A stretch of DNA of 59,386 bases, counting the filler. It is 5 parts of 5 records of this genome, joined end to end, with 100 filler letters (N's around TTAATTAATTAA, not from the genome) between each part and the next. Parts side by side here need not be neighbours in the genome. Positions count along the whole stretch, not along the records: positions 1 to 20,370 come from SRR2962707_1805; 4 more parts are not named here. The stretch is one strand, 5' to 3'. Shown here one piece after another: positions 1 to 9,370 of this stretch. Position 1 is the first letter of the stretch. Each line of letters opens with the position of its first letter. Under the pieces are notes generated by a model, which saw only the letters and a list, made by a program, of their open reading frames with translations, did no database searches and had not been told where the DNA came from. A program made the position numbers and the translations under genes.

Positions 1-186
1 CATTTCGGGGCGGGAATAACGGGGGATCATCGGCGGCGATCCTTTCTCGGGTTGTGAGGATGTCAAGCGCGGTCATAGACTGCGTCTGCCGCTGCGACAA
101 GGCTTGCGATGTGGCGCAGAGCAAAGGAAGGGCCGAGGCATGAGACTGTCTGATCCAGACATATTCCCCAACACGGGGCAATCCTG

Positions 187-624
187 ATGCGGCCGACGTC
201 GTTGCGGGATTTTGCCGGGATCTGGAGCTTGACCCGGGACATAGATGATCACCGCGCCGGGCAGATCAGGCATGCAAACGGGCAGGCCGTGCTGTCGCCG
301 GGCGCGCAAGGTCTTGTCTATGATGAGGAGATTATATTGCATCTACATGGTCAAGCCCCCATGCAGGGGCACCGACGCTATCTTTGGCAGGCTGCCCCTG
401 CCGGCATTTCCGTGTGTTTTGCCGACGGGCGTGCCTTTCACACCTTCACCCTGGACGAGGATGCGCCGCAGGCCGCGCATTGGTGTGATCCGGACCAGTA
501 TGACGTCACCTATGATTTCAGGGATTGGCCGGGCTGGCGCTGCCGGTGGCGGGTCCGTGGCCCAAGAAAGGATTACGGCATGGAGACGCACTATGCCCCG
601 TTCCCCGGCGGGAAGGGCGCTTAG
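187..624 (+). CDS. DUF6314-like hypothetical protein
   Basis: 145-aa ORF; motifs W.L.R.I.D, Y.E.G/I.L, RRYLW, F.DGR.FH, H.C.PD.Y...Y.F, W.V.GPRKDY resemble Rhodobacterales DUF6314 proteins. Confidence 0.7.
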   Translation: MRPTSLRDFAGIWSLTRDIDDHRAGQIRHANGQAVLSPGAQGLVYDEEIILHLHGQAPMQGHRRYLWQAAPAGISVCFADGRAFHTFTLDEDAPQAAHWCDPDQYDVTYDFRDWPGWRCRWRVRGPRKDYGMETHYAPFPGGKGA

Positions 625-693
625 CACTTGCGGCAATTCGGGGCTTCAGGCAGAAATAGAGGTAGCAGTTATTTGAAACAAAGGGACACAGAG

Positions 694-1299
694 ATGAATC
701 TGGCACTGAACCGTAACGTACTGGTTGATATGTTCGGCGCAACCGAAGGGCTGGGCCTGCGGGTCAAGCAGGCCGTTCTTGTGGTTGTCGGCATCGCCAT
801 TCTGGCTGTCGCTGCCAAGATCAAGGTGGCTGTGCCCGGCTCTCCGGTGATGATGAACATGGGCACATTTGCCGTGCTCACCATCGGTGCCGCTTACGGT
901 GCACGCCTGGGACTGGTGACCATGCTGGGCTGGATGCTGGTTGGCCTGTTGGGCTTTGACGTCTTCCAGAGCTCGACCGCCGATCTGAACGGCATCCAAT
1001 ACATGATGGGTAGCACCGGCGGCTATCTGGTGGGCTATGTGCTGGCGACGCTGGCGTTGGGTTTTCTGGCGCGGGCCGGATGGGATCGGTCTGCACCCAA
1101 AATGGCCGGTGCGATGCTGCTGGGCAATGTGCTGATTTATGTGCCGGGCCTGATCTGGCTGGGCATGCTGTACGGATGGGATAAGCCAATCCTGCAGTGG
1201 GGTCTGACACCGTTCCTGCTGGGCGATGCGATCAAGCTTGGACTTGCGGCGCTGATGCTGCCGGCGATCTGGAAACTTGTCGGCCGCGCGCGCGGCTGA
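694..1299 (+). CDS. bioY: Biotin transporter BioY (ECF S-component)
   Basis: Hydrophobic ORF with PV.M.MGTFAVL, GSTGGYLVGY, IYVPGLIWL and GLTPFLLGDAIK motifs; ATG 694 after AAGGGA. Confidence 0.9.
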   Translation: MNLALNRNVLVDMFGATEGLGLRVKQAVLVVVGIAILAVAAKIKVAVPGSPVMMNMGTFAVLTIGAAYGARLGLVTMLGWMLVGLLGFDVFQSSTADLNGIQYMMGSTGGYLVGYVLATLALGFLARAGWDRSAPKMAGAMLLGNVLIYVPGLIWLGMLYGWDKPILQWGLTPFLLGDAIKLGLAALMLPAIWKLVGRARG

Positions 1300-1324
1300 T
1301 CCTTTCGCGGACCTGACTTGATTT

Positions 1325-1360
1325 AGAGGCGCAGAGCGATGCTCTGCGCCTCTCTGGTTT
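1325..1360 (+). terminator. Rho-independent terminator-like hairpin between convergent bioY and the OsmC-fusion gene
   Basis: Perfect 13-bp inverted repeat AGAGGCGCAGAGC-gat-GCTCTGCGCCTCT followed by CTGGTTT. Confidence 0.7.
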
Positions 1361-1456
1361 CTGGTGCCTGTGGAAACGTGAGGCCGTATTGTTGCCGGTC
1401 TTCCCGGGGCAGCGTGAGAGTTTTGCCTATCTGGAAATAGAAAACGCGGGCCGGGG

Positions 1457-2668
1457 TCAGACCAATTCAGTTTCGACCTTTGCACCCAATTCAATAGTCC
1501 GGTGCACCGGGCATTTGTCGGCGATGTCGAGCAGACGCTGGCGCTGCGTGTCGTCCAGTGGTCCGTCAAGCGTTATACGACGGCGGAACAGGTCGATTCG
1601 GGTTTTGGACTCCGGGCTGACATCCTGGGCGTGCACCTTGTCGTGACACACTTCCACGTGCACGCCCGTCAGCGGCCAGCCTTTGCGCCGGGCATACATC
1701 CTGATGGTCATCGACGTGCATGCCCCAAGACCCGCAGCGACGAAACCATAAGGTGACATACCGCGGTTGGTACCGCCATAGGCCAGCGGTTCGTCCGCCA
1801 AAGCATGGTGATGTGGCCCAGACTGCACATCCTGCAGGAACCCGTCGGCATCGGCCTCGGACACCCGCACCACGCCTTCGGGCGCCCCGATGGGCGGGGC
1901 GGGGTGGTTGAGGTCAAGGTATCGCCCGGCCCAGGCCGCGATTACGGTTGCGACGTATTCAGCATCCTTCGGATCGCTGATAAGGTGATCCGCATCATCC
2001 AGAGTGACAAAGCTTTTGGGATGTTTGGCCGCCTCGAAGATCTGAGAGGCGTTGGCTATGCCGACGGTGGTGTCGCGCGGCGCGTGCATCACCAGCAGCG
2101 CCTTGTTCAGGTTGGAAATGATAGGGGCCAGATTTGCGGCCTGCACATCGTCGAGGAAGCGTTCGGTGATGACGAAGGGGCGACCGCCCAGATCGACCGT
2201 TGCTTCGCCCTCACGGCGGATGGTGTCCAGCGCATCGCCGAAATTATGGGTGACATGGGCAGGATCGAAGGGGGCGCCGATCGTTACCACCGCCTTGGCC
2301 GAGGGAATGTGAGGAGAGGCGCGCAGGATCGCGGCACCGCCCAGAGAATGGCCGATGAGCAGAGTCGGGGCCATGCCGCGTTCCGTAAGGGCATCTGCAA
2401 CGGCGCGCAGATCACCGACATTCGACGTGAAAGTGGTGTTCGCGAATTCGCCCTGCGAATGGCCAAGACCGGTGAAATCAAAGCGCAGAACGGCGATGCC
2501 CATAGCGGCAAGCCGCGCGGCGATGCGCCGCGCCGCCGGGATATCCTTTGAACAGGTGAAGCAATGGGCAAAGAGCGCGGTGGCCAGGTGCGGGCCGTCC
2601 GGCAGATCAAGGCGGGCCGACAGCAGGTCACCCGAGGGACCCGGAAAAGTAAGGCGTTCGGTCGGCAT
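1457..2668 (-). CDS. Bifunctional alpha/beta hydrolase / OsmC family protein
   Basis: AHCFTCSKD, RFDFTGLG and GHSLGG nucleophile elbow; C-terminal OsmC motifs ADEP...GACTSMT...KCPVHRT; likely start MPTERL at 2668. Confidence 0.9.
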   Translation of the reverse strand: MPTERLTFPGPSGDLLSARLDLPDGPHLATALFAHCFTCSKDIPAARRIAARLAAMGIAVLRFDFTGLGHSQGEFANTTFTSNVGDLRAVADALTERGMAPTLLIGHSLGGAAILRASPHIPSAKAVVTIGAPFDPAHVTHNFGDALDTIRREGEATVDLGGRPFVITERFLDDVQAANLAPIISNLNKALLVMHAPRDTTVGIANASQIFEAAKHPKSFVTLDDADHLISDPKDAEYVATVIAAWAGRYLDLNHPAPPIGAPEGVVRVSEADADGFLQDVQSGPHHHALADEPLAYGGTNRGMSPYGFVAAGLGACTSMTIRMYARRKGWPLTGVHVEVCHDKVHAQDVSPESKTRIDLFRRRITLDGPLDDTQRQRLLDIADKCPVHRTIELGAKVETELV

Positions 2669-2869
2669 GGTATGTCCTTGCAGATGCGGAGAGATGGTGG
2701 CGCGGTGCCGGGTCATAGAGTGTGTGTTTCGGCGGCGGGCTGCAAGGGATGTGTCGCTGCTGTCACCGGAAGGTGAGCCAGACGGCGCGGATGTGAACGG
2801 GTCCAGCGTGCGAGCCATCCTGTCAGATTTCGACAGGCGGCTTTGAGGACGTGTCAGTGGACGCGCGTG

Positions 2870-3946
2870 TCAGCCCCGGCGGCGGCGGCCACCGGCACGA
2901 CGCCCGCCAGCCCCGCCATCGGCGGCATTGGGATCGCGGTTGAACATGATCCACTGCGCGCCCGATGCGTCATTGTCAGTCAGGAAGTTGGCGGCGCGGA
3001 TCGCTTCCATTTCCTTGCCGGGGCGCGGCTTGGTGCTGCCGATGCCGAACATCTTGCAGAATGCCTCGTCATCCATGTCGGGGGGCAGCATGATGCCCGC
3101 CGCCTCGACCGCAGCACGCTTTTCAGCGATCTTGGATGCGCCAATGGGCAGGCCGACAGGGTTCATGATGGCGCTGGTCATGCCCGCCGCGATGGCCATA
3201 GGCAAAAATGCGTTGTTGATGCCGTGACGATTGGGCAGCCCAAAGCTGATGTTAGAGGCGCCACAGGTGGTGTTAACGCCCAACTCTTCGCGCAGGCGCC
3301 GCACAAGGGTAAAGACCTGCAAGCCGGCCGTTGCCATCGCGCCGATCGGCATCACCAAGGGGTCGACCACAATGTCATGGGCGGGAATGCCAAAATCCGC
3401 CGCCCGTTGGACGATTTTCTTGGCAACGGCAAAGCGCACCTCTGGATCCTCGGATATGCCGGTGTCGTCGTTGGAAATTGCTACAACCGGGACATTGTAT
3501 TTTTTGACCAGCGGCAGAACACGTTCCAGCCGCTCTTCTTCGCCCGTGACCGAGTTCAGAAGCGGGCGACCCTCGCAGGCGGCAAGCCCCGCTTCGAGAG
3601 CGCCAGGCACTGAACTGTCGATGCACAGGGGGACATCAACCACCGCCTGCACCCGTCGGATCAGTTCTGGCATCAGCATGGGTTCGACAAAGTTGTTGTC
3701 GGCATACCGCGGGTCCTGGGCCATCTTGTTGGAAAATACCGCGCCGGAATTCACGTCCAGCATGGTCGCACCACAGGCGACCTGCGCGATAGCATCTGCT
3801 TCGACCCGGGAATAATCGTCCTGTTCCAGCTCGGCGGCCAGGATCTTGCGACCTGTCGGGTTGATTCTTTCACCAATTACGCAGAACGGCTGATCAAAGC
3901 CGATGATGGCGGTCTTGGTCTTGGATTCGACGATGGTGCGGGTCAT
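2870..3946 (-). CDS. Methyltetrahydrofolate:corrinoid methyltransferase (stand-alone pterin-binding domain of split methionine synthase)
   Basis: IGERINPTGRK, LDVN, PLCIDSS, LLNSVTGEEE, VVDPLV, GASNISFGLP..RH motifs. Confidence 0.88.
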   Translation of the reverse strand: MTRTIVESKTKTAIIGFDQPFCVIGERINPTGRKILAAELEQDDYSRVEADAIAQVACGATMLDVNSGAVFSNKMAQDPRYADNNFVEPMLMPELIRRVQAVVDVPLCIDSSVPGALEAGLAACEGRPLLNSVTGEEERLERVLPLVKKYNVPVVAISNDDTGISEDPEVRFAVAKKIVQRAADFGIPAHDIVVDPLVMPIGAMATAGLQVFTLVRRLREELGVNTTCGASNISFGLPNRHGINNAFLPMAIAAGMTSAIMNPVGLPIGASKIAEKRAAVEAAGIMLPPDMDDEAFCKMFGIGSTKPRPGKEMEAIRAANFLTDNDASGAQWIMFNRDPNAADGGAGGRRAGGRRRRG

Positions 3947-3960
3947 GCAGGTCGTGCTCC

Positions 3961-4614
3961 TTAGGATGGTCTGTGCCGGGATAGTATTTCGGACAGAATA
4001 GGATCTGTAAAATCCGCGATGGTAATCTGGGCACCGGCATTACACAAAGCGGCGTCGGTTAAAGAGGACCGGATGCCGACGGTATAGGCCCCCGCCGCCC
4101 GTGCCGAGCGCAGACCCGAGGGGCTGTCCTCAAAGGCGACGCAGTCGGCTGGGGTCACGTTCAGACGCTTCATCGCCTCGATATATGGCGCTGGATCGGG
4201 TTTGCCGCGCACGCATTCGTCGCCGATGATACGCAGGGGCAGCCGCTCTGCCAAACCGATGGCTGTCAGCATCGCTTCGGCGTTATCGCGCGGCGCGTTG
4301 GTGACCACCGCCATCGGCAAGCCGTCGGAATCGGCCCGGTCCAGCAGCGCGAGCAGCCCCGGCATCGGTTCGGCCGACGTGCCAAGGCGGGCACGGAATG
4401 CGGCCTCCTTAGCGTCGCTCATGGCTTGCGCATCTTCTTGGGGGAAATGTTCGGCAAAAATGTCGAGGTTGTGGCGCCCATGGATGTTACGCAGGTAAAA
4501 GCCATCTTCGAAATCGCGACCTCGTTCCGTAAAAAAATTGGCAAAGACAGCTGCATGCAGCGGATCGGTGTGTAGCAGCGTACCGTCCAGGTCGAAGAGT
4601 AATGCCAAAGTCAT
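3961..4614 (-). CDS. HAD-IA family phosphatase
   Basis: FDLDGTL motif I, VVTN motif II, GKPDPAPY and FEDSPSG motifs. Confidence 0.9.
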   Translation of the reverse strand: MTLALLFDLDGTLLHTDPLHAAVFANFFTERGRDFEDGFYLRNIHGRHNLDIFAEHFPQEDAQAMSDAKEAAFRARLGTSAEPMPGLLALLDRADSDGLPMAVVTNAPRDNAEAMLTAIGLAERLPLRIIGDECVRGKPDPAPYIEAMKRLNVTPADCVAFEDSPSGLRSARAAGAYTVGIRSSLTDAALCNAGAQITIADFTDPILSEILSRHRPS

Positions 4615-4632
4615 AGGGTTCCGATCCGAGCT

Positions 4633-5574
4633 TCAGGATGGCCTTAGCCGTTGCGGATAGCAGGGTACCCCGGCGGCCCCCCCATTGGCAATTGCCCATT
4701 CCGTATTGGTCGCGATCCCACCCAGCGGAAAAAAATGTACTTGTTCGATATTGCTGTCCGGATGCGCGGCCTTGTGCGCTGCCAGGCTGGCCAGCACCTC
4801 GGTCGGTTCATAGGGCAGCAGCAGTTTTGTCACATCCATCGCGCGTTTCTGCAGAACCTTCAGCGAAGGTCCGACCCCGCAGGTGATGGCGAACTTGATC
4901 AGGGTCTGAAGTTTGGCCGGGCCGGCGATACCGATGTGAACGGGCAGGGTGATCCCGGCGGCGGTCAGCCGGTTGGCCCAAGCTAAAATCGGGTCGGCGT
5001 CGAAACAGAACTGCGTGGCCAGTGCCATCTGCGCATCCGTGCGTTCTGCGAAAGCCTGTTTCCAGCGCAGCGCTTCCATCACCGCACGATCGCCACCGTC
5101 GGGATCGATGTCGCGGCTGCCCTCGGGGTGGCCTGCCACATGCAGGCGCGTGAATCCGGCGGCATCAAACAGGCCAGTTTCCAGCAGTTGCATGGAATTG
5201 TCGAAATCGCCATGGGGGGCTGATACGCCGCCTGCCAGTAGCAGGGCCTGACGCACATCGGCTTCGCCTTGGTAGCGGGCAATCCAATCGGCGAGCGTGG
5301 CGCGGTCCTTGATAATGCGGGCGGGAAAATGCGGCATGATGGTGTAGCCATCGTTGTTCAGACGTCGCGCCGTCGCCACCATTTCCTCGATCGGGGTGCC
5401 GTCGATATGGGCAATGTAAACACGGGTGCCCTTGGGTAACAGCACGCGGAAATCGTCGACCTTTTCTGCTGTGCGCGGCATCACCTCGATGGAGTAGTTT
5501 TTCAGAAAGCTTTGGATCTGGCCATTTGTGCAAACGGCGTCGGCATCCCGTTTCTTGAAATTGAACAGCGCCAT
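4633..5574 (-). CDS. metF: Methylenetetrahydrofolate reductase (MetF-like, Rhodobacterales type)
   Basis: SIEVMP, PHFPAR, VAGHPEG, ATQFCFD, GIAGPA, HFFPLGG motifs; adjacent to pterin-binding methyltransferase. Confidence 0.8.
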   Translation of the reverse strand: MALFNFKKRDADAVCTNGQIQSFLKNYSIEVMPRTAEKVDDFRVLLPKGTRVYIAHIDGTPIEEMVATARRLNNDGYTIMPHFPARIIKDRATLADWIARYQGEADVRQALLLAGGVSAPHGDFDNSMQLLETGLFDAAGFTRLHVAGHPEGSRDIDPDGGDRAVMEALRWKQAFAERTDAQMALATQFCFDADPILAWANRLTAAGITLPVHIGIAGPAKLQTLIKFAITCGVGPSLKVLQKRAMDVTKLLLPYEPTEVLASLAAHKAAHPDSNIEQVHFFPLGGIATNTEWAIANGGAAGVPCYPQRLRPS

Positions 5575-5600
5575 CACGGCCTCCATCATTCGCAAGGCCT

Positions 5601-5897
5601 TCAGGCCCATCCGTCGTTTGCGATCAGCGCCCTGATGCGATCCTGATTGTATTCCGCCTCAAGCCGCGCGGCTTCGGCGTTCGCAATATCAGTGGGGGTG
5701 CCCTCAACCGGATAGGGGGCAGCCTTGCGCCATTCAGCAAGGTATTCGTCTGTGCCCGCAGCGCCAGTTTTCATTGCGGCGCGGTCGATGGCCTGTTCAA
5801 AGCGTTCAGGTAGCTGCACCTTGGCGCTGGAACGGCCCCGGCCGACGATGACTTGGGCCGGAATGTCGCGCCAGAAAACGATAGTGACGTCGGGCAT
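5601..5897 (-). CDS. 'Virulence factor' family small protein (Virulence_fact-like)
   Basis: WRDIPAQV...LPERFEQAIDRAAM...YLAEWR signature; sits directly upstream of metF. Confidence 0.8.
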   Translation of the reverse strand: MPDVTIVFWRDIPAQVIVGRGRSSAKVQLPERFEQAIDRAAMKTGAAGTDEYLAEWRKAAPYPVEGTPTDIANAEAARLEAEYNQDRIRALIANDGWA

Positions 5898-5928
5898 GAA
5901 TGATTCCCCTTGTGCCGGTTGGATCTTT

Positions 5929-6126
5929 TTAGCGCCGAGCCGTCATGGCAAGGGGGCGGATTTCGACCGATGCGGCGCATTCCGCGACGCTGGATGACTT
6001 TGGCGACCCTAGGCCGTTTGTGGGGGCACCGCCACCGGGGCGGGCTGGAAAACCTCGTAGCTCCAAGATCAGCGGATTTAATCGATGTGCACCCGGGCGC
6101 GTGGTGTCGTTCTTGGGTGCGTTCAT
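5929..6126 (-). CDS. Possible small hypothetical protein / leader upstream of virulence factor-metF operon
   Basis: 65-aa ORF MNAPKND...GGGAP..GL.SPKSS.VA.CAASVEIRPLA co-oriented with the operon; no family recognised with certainty. Confidence 0.35.
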   Translation of the reverse strand: MNAPKNDTTRPGAHRLNPLILELRGFPARPGGGAPTNGLGSPKSSSVAECAASVEIRPLAMTARR

Positions 6127-6251
6127 ACGCAAGGCCGTGATCATTTATGTTACCCGGTCTCTCGTTTGTGATCCCGGGTGCCAAGAAACTTGCAGGTCCA
6201 CGCGTGCCTGCGTATCCTGATAGGAACTTGTATACGGAGAGGCGCAAAAAA

Positions 6252-7367
6252 ATGATGGCGCCAGAGCGTCCCATGGGTGCGGGCGCATTCCCGAAACCGG
6301 TCGAGAGCCCCGCGCCCGACAAACCGGATCCAGCCGAGCTTTATGCCGCGCTAGACCTGGGAACGAACAGTTGCCGCATGCTGATTGCCCAGCCAAAGGG
6401 CAGCCAGTTCCATGTGATCGACAGCTTTTCCAAATCCGTCCAGCTTGGGGCGGGTCTTGAGAAGAGCGGCCGCCTGAGCCGTGCGTCAATGGGGCGTACG
6501 GTGGCGGCGCTGAAGGTGTGTCAGCAGAAGATCGCACGCCATAAAGTGAAACGCATGCGCCTCGTGGCGACAGAGGCCTGTCGGAGGGCGATCAACGCGC
6601 GGGACTTTATCCGGCAGGTGCAGCGCGAGGCAGGCCTGCAGCTCGAGATCATCCAGCCAGAGGAAGAGGCGCGGCTTGCCGTAATTTCCTGTGCGCCCCT
6701 GGTGTCGACAAAGACGGAACAGCTGCTGGTGGTGGATATCGGCGGCGGGTCGACCGAACTGGTGTGGATCGACCTGTCTTCGGTACCCAACGCCGAACGC
6801 CCCCGCGCGATCATGCGGCTGCACGCCGGATTCCATCAGATCGACAGCCCGTTTCCCGCCGCAAAGGTGGTAGACTGGATATCGGTCCCGCTGGGGGTGG
6901 CGACGCTGCGCGATCATTTTTCGGATGTTGATGACGATGCGGCGCGGTACGCGCTGATGTCCTGGTATTTTGAGGAAAACCTGGCCGAATTCGCGCCTTA
7001 CAAGGACGAACAGGCGCGTGAGGGGTTTCAGATCGTCGGTACCAGCGGCACGGTCACCACTGTTGCCGCCTCGCATCTTGGATTGCGACGCTATGACCGG
7101 ACCAAGGTGGATGGGCTGCGCATGACCAGCGATCAGATCGAAACTGTGATCAACGGATACCTCGAACTTGGTCCCGCTGGACGGCGCCGCGACCCACGTA
7201 TCGGGCAAGACAGGCAAGCGCTGATCATGTCCGGTGCCGCTATCCTGCAGGCGCTGCTGCGCTGCTGGCCCACGGATCGGTTGTCTGTTGCGGACCGCGG
7301 TCTGCGCGAAGGGTTGCTTTATGCGCAGATGACGGCGGATGGTGTGCTCGAGGAAGGGCCCTACTAG
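6252..7367 (+). CDS. ppx: Ppx/GppA phosphatase family protein
   Basis: ALDLGTNSCRMLI, VATEACR, EEEARLA, DIGGGSTE, GTSGT, GLREGLL motifs; start estimated at MMAPER. Confidence 0.9.
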   Translation: MMAPERPMGAGAFPKPVESPAPDKPDPAELYAALDLGTNSCRMLIAQPKGSQFHVIDSFSKSVQLGAGLEKSGRLSRASMGRTVAALKVCQQKIARHKVKRMRLVATEACRRAINARDFIRQVQREAGLQLEIIQPEEEARLAVISCAPLVSTKTEQLLVVDIGGGSTELVWIDLSSVPNAERPRAIMRLHAGFHQIDSPFPAAKVVDWISVPLGVATLRDHFSDVDDDAARYALMSWYFEENLAEFAPYKDEQAREGFQIVGTSGTVTTVAASHLGLRRYDRTKVDGLRMTSDQIETVINGYLELGPAGRRRDPRIGQDRQALIMSGAAILQALLRCWPTDRLSVADRGLREGLLYAQMTADGVLEEGPY

Positions 7368-7461
7368 CCCTTGCAGCTTGTGGCGCAAGCGCCTAGCTGG
7401 GGGCCTTCGCGGGCGGCAGGGGCTGAACGTGCGTATTTGATAAGAGAAGAAGCGGAACGTC

Positions 7462-8208
7462 ATGGCCAAGGAACCCACCGGCAAGAATACCTCCGGACGC
7501 GGTCAGCGCGAGCTGAAGGTCAAGGTCAAGACCGCCCGCGGGCGCAGGCTCAGCTCAACCCGCTGGCTGCAGCGCCAATTGAACGACCCATATGTGAAAC
7601 GCGCCCAGGCCGAAGGCTATCGCGGGCGGGCGGCGTTTAAAATATTAGAGGTGGACGAAAAATTCCGCTTTCTGGTGCCCGGCGCGCGCATCGTCGATCT
7701 GGGCTGTGCTCCGGGTGGGTGGTGCCAGGTTGCTGCCAAGCGGGCCAATGCCCTTGGCGAAAAAAGTGGCAAGCCGATCGGGTTCATTCTGGGCGTCGAT
7801 CTGCAGGAGGTCGACCCCATTCCCGGGGTCGATTTGCACGTCCTCGATTTCCTGGCCGAAGGCGCGGACGATCAGGTCAAGGTTTGGCTGGGTGGCAAGG
7901 CGGATGTTGTGATGTCTGATATGGCGGCAGCGTCTTCGGGTCACAAACAGACTGACCACCTGCGCATCATTTCGCTTTGTGAGGCAGCCGCCTATTTCGC
8001 CTTTGATGTTCTTGAAGAGGGCGGAACCTTTGTTGCCAAGGTGTTGGCAGGCGGTGCGGAGGGAGAGTTGCAGAAACTGCTCAAGCAGCGTTTCGCCAAG
8101 GTTGCAAACGTCAAACCGCCGTCATCACGGTCGGACAGTTCTGAAAAGTTCGTCGTCGCCACCGGATTTCGCGGTGCATTGCCCGAGGCACCCGGCCCGT
8201 CGGAATGA
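7462..8208 (+). CDS. rlmE: 23S rRNA (Um2552) 2'-O-methyltransferase
   Basis: [46 protein letters not shown] motifs. Confidence 0.95.
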   Translation: MAKEPTGKNTSGRGQRELKVKVKTARGRRLSSTRWLQRQLNDPYVKRAQAEGYRGRAAFKILEVDEKFRFLVPGARIVDLGCAPGGWCQVAAKRANALGEKSGKPIGFILGVDLQEVDPIPGVDLHVLDFLAEGADDQVKVWLGGKADVVMSDMAAASSGHKQTDHLRIISLCEAAAYFAFDVLEEGGTFVAKVLAGGAEGELQKLLKQRFAKVANVKPPSSRSDSSEKFVVATGFRGALPEAPGPSE

Positions 8209-8347
8209 GGCTGTGGCACTCTGATCCATGGGCCAAATACGCGCAGTGACCAGGCAGGGATATTCCCGCATCCCAACGCCTTTCCCGACAACTGCATATT
8301 GACTTGCAGTGGTGCTGTACGGTCTGTGATAACGCAGATTTAGGCCT

Positions 8348-9289
8348 TCATTGGTCGTTCGGCGTTGCCAATTGTCGCCGCAACGCCTGCGGCGACATGC
8401 CAAAGCGCAGGCGGAAGGCTCGGCTCAGGGCTGTCGGATCATCGTAACCGCAGCGCAGGGCGATTTCAGAAATCGGCAGGATCGATGATTCCAGCAACTG
8501 ACGCGCGGCCGACAACCGCAGATGGCGGTACATGGCCCCCGGCGTCAGATCCAGTGTCGCCTGACACCGTCGTGCCAGCGTCCGGGGCGTGGTGCCAAGC
8601 GCGCGCGCCAGTTCCCCCAGCGCGAGCGGCGATTCCAGACGTGTGCGCATCAGCGCGGTGGCCCTGCTGACCAATGGGTCGCCACGACGCGTCCCGCCCT
8701 GGGGCGAAGGTCGTTCGGTCAGAAACAGCCCGTCGACATCCAGTGCAATCGCCGGGCCAAGATCGGCGCGGATCATCATCCGGGTCATGTCAAAGGCCGC
8801 CATCGCACCGGCGCAGGTTGCCCGGTCACCATCGCGCAGATGCGGTTCCTGCACTACGGCCACGTCCAAGAACCGTTCTGCAAAAGCTTCGGCCAGATCC
8901 CAGTGGATTGTCGCGCGCCGCCCAGACAGCAGCCCGGCCCCAGCCATCAGCCAGGCACCGGCGTCCATCCCCACAACCTGACCTGCACGTTGACCTGCGC
9001 GCGCCAGGGCGCGGCGTGTTGATTGGACGTCGTGCCTCAGATGGTCATAGCTTGCCATTACGAAAAGTCGGTCAACCGCCCCGATTTCCGCCAGCGCGGC
9101 ATCGGGCAGCACTGGCAGGCCCGAACTTGTCTGCACCGGCCCGCCGTCGAGCGTGGCAAAACGCCAGCGGTAGGCAGGCTGTGGCAGAAAATCGTTGGCG
9201 GCCCGCATCGGCTCCAGACAATTGGCGAGACACAGGTTGGAAAAGCGTTCGAATAGCAGGAAAACAATCTCGACCGGGGTTTCTGTCAT
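8348..9289 (-). CDS. GlxA-family AraC transcriptional regulator (CdhR/GbdR-like)
   Basis: N-terminal DJ-1-like domain (FSNLCLANCLEPMRAAN, ATIHW) plus C-terminal AraC HTH (RL..ARQLL...ISEIALRCGY); divergent from the carnitine operon. Confidence 0.88.
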   Translation of the reverse strand: MTETPVEIVFLLFERFSNLCLANCLEPMRAANDFLPQPAYRWRFATLDGGPVQTSSGLPVLPDAALAEIGAVDRLFVMASYDHLRHDVQSTRRALARAGQRAGQVVGMDAGAWLMAGAGLLSGRRATIHWDLAEAFAERFLDVAVVQEPHLRDGDRATCAGAMAAFDMTRMMIRADLGPAIALDVDGLFLTERPSPQGGTRRGDPLVSRATALMRTRLESPLALGELARALGTTPRTLARRCQATLDLTPGAMYRHLRLSAARQLLESSILPISEIALRCGYDDPTALSRAFRLRFGMSPQALRRQLATPNDQ

Positions 9290-9370
9290 TTTGCGCATGA
9301 TTTTGACTATTACTGCATGGTCGTGATCCGCGCCAGCGGCAAAGCTGCAGAAAATGAAGAGGAGTGTCCG

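Noticed and set aside
694-1299. Solitary bioY without bioMN as a novelty
   Set aside because: Stand-alone BioY is common and already described in proteobacteria
2669-2869. Possible riboswitch between the pterin-binding gene and the OsmC fusion
   Set aside because: Only a short hairpin (CTGTCaga..GACAG); no cobalamin, SAM or other aptamer consensus recognisable
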